DNA from: an uncultured Acidobacteriaceae bacterium
GTDB taxonomy: Bacteria; Acidobacteriota; Terriglobia; Terriglobales; Acidobacteriaceae
DNA: 64,000 bases
Assembly: GCA_963722365.1 (NCBI GenBank)
Contig: CAVRLM010000009.1
Location: 188,861-252,860 of the forward strand
Direction: 5' to 3'
Part shown: piece by piece, positions 58,549-64,000 of the stretch
How the letters are laid out: each line of letters starts with the position of its first letter
Position numbering within the stretch: the stretch's first letter is position 1
Notes under the pieces: generated by a model
Seen by the model: only the letters and a program-made list of their open reading frames with translations
Database searches by the model: none
Told to the model about the DNA's origin: nothing
Position numbers and translations under genes: made by a program

Positions 58549-61290
58549 ATGCCCACTTTCTACGATCGCTTTGTCGAATGCGCCGAGCGCTGGCCAAATA
58601 ATGTCGCCCTCGAACTCCAGCGTGCGGACCACCTCGAAAGTTGCACCTACGCCGAACTGCGCCGCATGGCTGAATCCGTCGGCCGCTGGATCACGGAAAA
58701 ACAATTTCCCCGCGGATCGCGTCTCGCGATTCTCGCAGACAATCATCCTCGCTGGGTCGCCGCCTATTTAGGAATTATCGCCTCCGGTTGCGCCGCCGTT
58801 CCTCTTGATACCGCCCTGCACGACGACCAAGTCACCAAGCTCCTGAAAGACAGCGGAGCCACCGCGATCTTCTGCGATGCGAAGCACGTCCCGGTCGCTC
58901 GGCCGGCTGCCACCGAACTGAAATTGAGAATGATCCTCACCGACCCCGACCGCGCAACCGGCGATTGGAAAAAAGAACACTGGCTCGGCGACATGCCTGC
59001 CATCTTTGAAGCGGGCCCAGGAAACTTCGCCCCTGCGGCCGCGAACGATAGCGATCTCGCTTCCCTGCTCTATACCTCCGGCACAACCGCTGACCCTAAG
59101 GGCGTCATGCTCACGCACTCCAATTTCCAGGGCGAAGTCGCAGCCGTATTCGACTGGGTCGAGCTTGGCCCCTCCGACGCTCTATTGGGTGTGCTCCCCC
59201 TGTTTCACGTTCTGGCGCAGATGGCCAATCTCCTCCTGCCACTGGTCAAGGGCTCGCGGGTTGTTTATCTGGAGACCCTCAACACTACGGAACTCTTACG
59301 CGCTCTGACCGAGCGCAACATCACGGCCTTTGCCGTCGTGCCCCAATTTTTCTACTTGATTCATGAGCGGGTTTTTCAGGAGGTCGCGAAGCGAGGCGGG
59401 CTTACCCAGAAAGTATTCGGCGCGATGGTTGTGCTCAACCGCATTCTTCGCAAGATCGGAATCAATGCCGGTCCCGTACTTTTTCGCAAGGTACACGAAA
59501 CTCTGGGACCAAAGATGCGCTATCTCGTCACCGGAGGATCGCGTTTTGATCCTGCAATCGCGCGGGATTTCCGTGACCTCGGCGTCGACGTGCTACAAGC
59601 CTATGGCCTCACCGAGACGACAGCCGCAGTCTTCGCCAATTCTCCAAACGATAACGAGATTGGCTCGGTTGGGAAAGCGCTGAAGGGTGTGGAAGCAAAG
59701 ATCATCGATCCACAGCCACAAGAGGAGGGTCCGCCCGTGGGTGAGGTGGCCTTGCGCGGCGCGGTCGTGATGAAAGGATATTGGAACCGTCCCGACGCTA
59801 CCGCCGCCGTCCTTCGCGACGGATGGTTCCTGACCGGCGACCTCGGCTACTTCGACTCTCACGGTCACCTGTTCCTCACCGGCCGCAAGAAAGAAGTGAT
59901 CGTGTTGAGTAACGGCAAAAACGTTTACCCGGAAGAGATCGAAGCGCACTACCTGAAGTCGCCGATCATCAAGGAAATCGCCGTCATGGGACTCGAAGGC
60001 AAGCCTGGCGAAGGTGGCGATCGTCTACACGCTGTCGTCGTCCCGAACTTCGACACGCTACGCCAACGCAAGATTGTCAACGCGAAAGAGGCCATACGCT
60101 TCGATATTGAAGGCCTCGCGCCCACGATCGCCTCCACCAAGCGCATTGGCAGTTACGAAATCTGGCAGGAAGATTTGCCCCGCACCACCACGCGCAAGAT
60201 CAAACGCTTCGAAGTCGAGAAGCGCGTAAGGGCGAACCAAGCCAACAAGCTCGCCGACAATTCTGACTTGCCGGCCGACAAGCCGCTGACCGCAGATGAA
60301 GCCGCATGGCTCGATCAACCGGACGTGCAGCGCGCCCTCAAGATTGTCCGGGAATCGTCGCGTTCTGCCCCGTCAACCATGCGCCCTTCTCTGAGTCTCG
60401 ATCTCGACCTTGGCCTCGACTCGATGCAACGCGTCGAACTGCTAAGCCGTCTCGAACAAGAACTCGGCGGCGATCTCGAAGAATCGCAACTCACGGAAAT
60501 CTACTCGGTTCGCGACCTGGTCGACGCGGTTCTGCAAAGCGCGGCCAGCGGTGCCCCCCCGGGATCGCGGGTCACCTTCGCTGGATGGAAAGCTATTCTG
60601 GCCGAAGATCCCGACGATCCGGATGTCCTCGCCCTGGCACATCCCAGCAAATTCAACGACATATTCTGGTACGTCGTAACGCGCGTGATGCAGATGTTTG
60701 TGCGCGACCGTTTTCATCTGCAGGTGAGCGGTCTCGAGAAACTCCCCAAGACTGGCGCCTATATTATTTCGTCGAACCACCAGAGCTATCTTGATCCGCT
60801 GATTTTAGCCAGCCTGCTCCCTGCGGAGATTTTCTATCGTGCGTTTGCCGTGGGTACCAGCGACATCTTTGGCAAGGGCTTCATGCGCAAGCTGGCGCGC
60901 TCCATCAAGACGGTCGTGCTCGATCCCGACGGGAATCTGGTTCCCGCCATGCGCGCCGGAGCGTTTGGTCTGAGGCACGGCATGGCGCTCGTGCTCTATC
61001 CCGAAGGCGAGCGCTCCATCGACGGCACGCCGAAAGTTTTCAAGAAAGGCGCGGCGATTCTATCGATCCACCTGCAGGTGCCAATTGTTCCGGTGGCGAT
61101 TGAGGGCTTCTACGAAGTGTGGCCTCGCAATCAGAAATTCAAGGGATTCAGGCCGCTGAAGATGATCTTCGGCGATCCGATTTCTCCGCCGCCCGAATCG
61201 GAAGCCTCGGAAGCCGCCTATGAAAAGCTGACCGCCGATTTGAAAGCGCGAATCGTGGAGATGTGGGAAGGACTTCGGAAGTCTCAGTAA
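58549..61290 (+). CDS. Tri-domain fusion: acyl-AMP/acyl-CoA ligase + acyl carrier (phosphopantetheine) domain + PlsC-type lysophospholipid acyltransferase
   Basis: Start MPTFYDRFVE... (ATG 58549, in frame with ORF 58216). LLYTSGTTADPKGVMLTHSN, GDLGYFDSHGHLFLTGRKKEVIV and PRTTTRKIKR are adenylation cores. LGLDSMQRVELL is the carrier site, Ser codon 60421-60423. NHQSYLDP (HX4D, His 60778-60780) and YPEGERS are acyltransferase motifs. Confidence 0.85.
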   Translation: MPTFYDRFVECAERWPNNVALELQRADHLESCTYAELRRMAESVGRWITEKQFPRGSRLAILADNHPRWVAAYLGIIASGCAAVPLDTALHDDQVTKLLKDSGATAIFCDAKHVPVARPAATELKLRMILTDPDRATGDWKKEHWLGDMPAIFEAGPGNFAPAAANDSDLASLLYTSGTTADPKGVMLTHSNFQGEVAAVFDWVELGPSDALLGVLPLFHVLAQMANLLLPLVKGSRVVYLETLNTTELLRALTERNITAFAVVPQFFYLIHERVFQEVAKRGGLTQKVFGAMVVLNRILRKIGINAGPVLFRKVHETLGPKMRYLVTGGSRFDPAIARDFRDLGVDVLQAYGLTETTAAVFANSPNDNEIGSVGKALKGVEAKIIDPQPQEEGPPVGEVALRGAVVMKGYWNRPDATAAVLRDGWFLTGDLGYFDSHGHLFLTGRKKEVIVLSNGKNVYPEEIEAHYLKSPIIKEIAVMGLEGKPGEGGDRLHAVVVPNFDTLRQRKIVNAKEAIRFDIEGLAPTIASTKRIGSYEIWQEDLPRTTTRKIKRFEVEKRVRANQANKLADNSDLPADKPLTADEAAWLDQPDVQRALKIVRESSRSAPSTMRPSLSLDLDLGLDSMQRVELLSRLEQELGGDLEESQLTEIYSVRDLVDAVLQSAASGAPPGSRVTFAGWKAILAEDPDDPDVLALAHPSKFNDIFWYVVTRVMQMFVRDRFHLQVSGLEKLPKTGAYIISSNHQSYLDPLILASLLPAEIFYRAFAVGTSDIFGKGFMRKLARSIKTVVLDPDGNLVPAMRAGAFGLRHGMALVLYPEGERSIDGTPKVFKKGAAILSIHLQVPIVPVAIEGFYEVWPRNQKFKGFRPLKMIFGDPISPPPESEASEAAYEKLTADLKARIVEMWEGLRKSQ

Positions 61291-61335
61291 CGGTCGGCCG
61301 GCATCATCCTCGCGGGCTCCCGGCAAGCAATTCGC

Positions 61336-62241
61336 CTACTTCGCGCGCGGATGTGTCTGATCGTAGACCTGCAGCACGTGCTTCATCGAAAGCTGCGTAT
61401 AACGCTGCGTTGTGGCCAAACGCTCGTGACCCAGCAGTTCCTGGATGGCACGAAGGTCGGCGCCTTCTTCCAGCATGTGAGTGCCGAAAGCATGGCGCAA
61501 CGTGTGTGGATGCACGTCTGGTGAAAGACCTTTGGCGACCGCAATCTTTTTGATGATGCGCCCCACGCTGCGTGCGGTCAGCCGCCCGCCGCGTTGATTG
61601 ATCAGCAGCGCGGCAGTGTTCTTGCGAGTTTCCGCCAGCATAGCTTGCCGTGCCGGAAGATAGGCCGCCAGCGCGCTCTTCGCCGATCCACCAAAGGGAA
61701 CGTATCGCTCCTTCTTCCCCTTGCCACGAATCAGGATCGCCTCCGCACTCAGCCGGATGTCGTCAAGATTGATTCCGGTGAGTTCCGAGTTGCGAATGCC
61801 ACACCCATAGAGCAGTTCGAGCATCAACCGGTCGCGCTCTGGGAAGGCCGCTGTCTCCGGCATTTGCCCGTCGAGCACAGCATTCATCTCTTCGATCGTC
61901 GGGACGCGTGGAAGTTTCTTCGGCAGCCGCGGCGTCGCCACAAGTTTCGCAGGATTCTGTTCGACCACACCCTCCCGTGCCAGCCACCGATACAGCGACC
62001 GCACCGCCGCCAACGAACGCGCCACGGATGTCTTACCCAATCCCTTTTCGTAGAGCTGCGATAGAAATCCGCGAATCGAGATGTGGTCGATCGACTTCCA
62101 TCCCCGCGAACCAGCATAGGCAGCGAAGTTTGCCAGATCGCCGCTGTAAGCCTTGATCGTGTGCGGCGAAGAATTGCGCTCTCTCAGGTGGCGAAGAAAG
62201 TCGGCTACGGCCTTCTCCACGATTGTGCTGCTCTTCGTCAT
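61336..62241 (-). CDS. xerC: Tyrosine recombinase XerC-like
   Basis: ...[40 protein letters not shown]...HPRAK. N-terminal SAM-like core-binding domain. Confidence 0.85.
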   Translation of the reverse strand: MTKSSTIVEKAVADFLRHLRERNSSPHTIKAYSGDLANFAAYAGSRGWKSIDHISIRGFLSQLYEKGLGKTSVARSLAAVRSLYRWLAREGVVEQNPAKLVATPRLPKKLPRVPTIEEMNAVLDGQMPETAAFPERDRLMLELLYGCGIRNSELTGINLDDIRLSAEAILIRGKGKKERYVPFGGSAKSALAAYLPARQAMLAETRKNTAALLINQRGGRLTARSVGRIIKKIAVAKGLSPDVHPHTLRHAFGTHMLEEGADLRAIQELLGHERLATTQRYTQLSMKHVLQVYDQTHPRAK

Positions 62242-63222
62242 TTACCTCGCCTTCGCCCTCGGGTGATGCTTCTGATACACACTCCGCAGCCGATCGAGCG
62301 CCAGATGCGTATAGACCTGCGTCGTCGATATGTCAGAGTGGCCCAGAATGGTCTGCACCGTGCGCAAATCGGCCCCGTTCTCCACCATGTGCGTGGCGCA
62401 TGAATGCCGCAACATGTGCGGCGATGCATGACGTCCCGAAGCGGCCGAAGCTTCCCCCACCATCTGCCAGACCCTCTGCCGCGTCAACTTACGTCCCCCG
62501 CGAGCAATAAACAGCTGCGGGGAGTTTTTGGTTGAGACTATCGATACTCTCGCGGCATTCTTCGCGCGCTTGGCCACCCGCAGCCCGGCGAGCACGGGCC
62601 GCCCTTGCTCCAGATACTCCGAGAGCGCGTCCTGCGCCGGCTTGCCCAGCGGCACAATGCGCTCCTTGTCACCCTTCCCGCGCACCAACATGTATCCGGA
62701 TTCCAACTTCAAATCCTCAAGCGTAGCGTTCACCATCTCCGAGACGCGCAGCGCCCCCGCATACAACAATTCAAGCATCGCCCGATCGCGAATCGCCAGG
62801 GCGGTTGCATCCTTCTTCCCACGAGTCCCTGCGCGGGCCGCCGGAGCCGCCAACGTCGATTCCACTTCATCGCGCGCCAGCGACTTCGGCAATACCTTCC
62901 ACTGCCGCGGCGACTCAATATTCAGAGTCGGATCATGATCGATTCGCTTGTCGAGCAATAGGTATCGGTACAAATGGCGCAGCGCCGAAAGCTTCCGCCC
63001 CACACTCCTCCCATCGACCTGATGCGAAAAAAGCTGCTGCAGAAATTCCCGCACATCGTTCCGCCGCGCCGTCAACAGCAAGCGCTTATGCTTCTCAAGA
63101 AACTCGGCGAATTGCAGGATGTCAGTCGTGTAAGCGCTGATGGAAAGTCGCGCCAGCCCCTTCTCGATCCGCAGATAATCAAGAAAGCCCGAAAGCACGC
63201 GCGAGTTCGCCTCAGCAGCCAT
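62242..63222 (-). CDS. xerD: Tyrosine recombinase XerD-like
   Basis: FLDYLRIEKGLARLSISAYTTDILQF... and ...HMLRHSCATHMVENGADLRTVQTILGHSDISTTQVYTHLALDRLRSVYQKHHPRA. Its stop TAA directly abuts the xerC ATG. Confidence 0.85.
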   Translation of the reverse strand: MAAEANSRVLSGFLDYLRIEKGLARLSISAYTTDILQFAEFLEKHKRLLLTARRNDVREFLQQLFSHQVDGRSVGRKLSALRHLYRYLLLDKRIDHDPTLNIESPRQWKVLPKSLARDEVESTLAAPAARAGTRGKKDATALAIRDRAMLELLYAGALRVSEMVNATLEDLKLESGYMLVRGKGDKERIVPLGKPAQDALSEYLEQGRPVLAGLRVAKRAKNAARVSIVSTKNSPQLFIARGGRKLTRQRVWQMVGEASAASGRHASPHMLRHSCATHMVENGADLRTVQTILGHSDISTTQVYTHLALDRLRSVYQKHHPRAKAR

Positions 63223-63312
63223 AAGAGAAGAGATGTAGTGTGACAGTTCCTGGACGCCAGAAAAAGTGCTGAAGAAGATGCCGAGAAACTGCTCTCGTAG
63301 TGACGTAGCTTG

Positions 63313-64000
63313 CTACGTCTCGCTCACCAGAGCGCCCTCCGCGCCACTCACTTCCCGCAGCAATTCCACCGCGTAGAGCGCGCCTTCCGGCGTCTCTTCG
63401 TGTTTGAAATACGCAAACACGTCGCGACCCGCTGCAACATGCTGCTGAATGCGATCGATCATTGACCGCCGCTCATCTCCCGTATAACTCGGCTTGCGAA
63501 AGCGGTAGTAGACGAAACCTGCCGTGGCGACCTCGGGCGTCGTCATCGTCTCCGTCTCGGCCACACACAACGCCACGTTGTTTGACTTCAGCAGATCCCA
63601 TGTCGAATCCGCAAACCATGATGCATGGCGGAATTCAAAGGCCGCTGGCACGGTACGAGGAAGAATTGCGAGGAAGTCCTTGAGCAGCGCCTCATCGACC
63701 TTCAGATTCGGAGGAAGCTGAAATAGCACCGGCCCGAGCTTACCAGCAGCCGCCAGGGGCTCAATGGTGGCCAGAAATCGCGGAACAAAATCCTCCGTCG
63801 CCTTGAGGCGCCTGATGTGCGTGATGACCTGGTGCGCCTTTACGCCGAAGCGAAACTGTGCGGGCGTGTCTTGCAGCCAGTTCTGGATGGTCGTTTCTTT
63901 AACAAGCTGCCGGAAAGTGAAATTCACTTCGACCGTATTGAGCTTCGTCGAGTAGTGTCCCAGGAATTTCTTCTGCGCCAGCTTGGCCGGATAAAAATCA
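63313..64000 (-). CDS. DUF72 family protein, 5' end beyond the right window edge
   Basis: The listed ORF 63313..63927 begins at an internal GTG. The frame stays open to base 64000 (hand translation ...DFYPAKLAQKKFLGHYSTKLNTVEVNFTFRQL...), which is the conserved DUF72 N-terminal region. Confidence 0.8.
   Translation of the reverse strand, partial: DFYPAKLAQKKFLGHYSTKLNTVEVNFTFRQLVKETTIQNWLQDTPAQFRFGVKAHQVITHIRRLKATEDFVPRFLATIEPLAAAGKLGPVLFQLPPNLKVDEALLKDFLAILPRTVPAAFEFRHASWFADSTWDLLKSNNVALCVAETETMTTPEVATAGFVYYRFRKPSYTGDERRSMIDRIQQHVAAGRDVFAYFKHEETPEGALYAVELLREVSGAEGALVSET

Overview
High-GC window (about 60% in the stretches I hand-counted), gene-dense, about 50 genes. The gene content looks like Acidobacteriota/Terriglobia: a carboxypeptidase-regulatory-type TonB receptor, a CadC-like winged-helix/TPR regulator, and many secreted peptidases. 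That taxonomic call is inference only.

Most of the window is core chromosome:
- Housekeeping genes: smpB, secA, argS, metG, tatD-like, yajQ, a polyprenyl synthase, xerD-xerC, tRNA-Phe.
- Peptide and histidine catabolism: M17, two M1, M13 and S15 peptidases, plus hutU and hutI.
- Envelope genes: a TPR-secretin with two GspG-like pseudopilins, a patatin-Omp85 (type Vd-like) protein, and a 1196-aa repetitive surface protein.

No rRNA, CRISPR array or intact mobile element was seen.

Accessory or decayed pieces:
- an internally deleted integrase next to tRNA-Phe;
- a PIN/AbrB toxin-antitoxin pair inserted between hutU and hutI;
- a TonB-dependent receptor reduced to its two ends;
- two apparent frameshifts, one in the first gene and one at the secretin/cohesin junction.

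Observations I consider most worth follow-up:
1. A DedA-rhodanese fusion has its rhodanese active-site loop interrupted by an in-frame TGA where homologues (as I recall them) have Cys. The domain continues intact for 52 codons, and a SECIS-like GC hairpin lies 16 nt downstream. This is a candidate selenoprotein, or else a very recent nonsense mutation.
2. The 554-nt gap just upstream has no credible ORF. It contains a 26-nt imperfect inverted repeat (a 104-nt hairpin) and a strong intrinsic terminator.
3. A four-gene operon (DUF3617, membrane protein, M48-like protein, LemA) carries an M48 domain that appears to have lost all catalytic and zinc-ligand residues.
4. An acyl-AMP ligase, an ACP and a PlsC acyltransferase are fused in one polypeptide.
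5. Two 23-bp tandem direct repeats lie upstream of the winged-helix regulator.

All homology statements come from motif recognition by eye. No database search was run.
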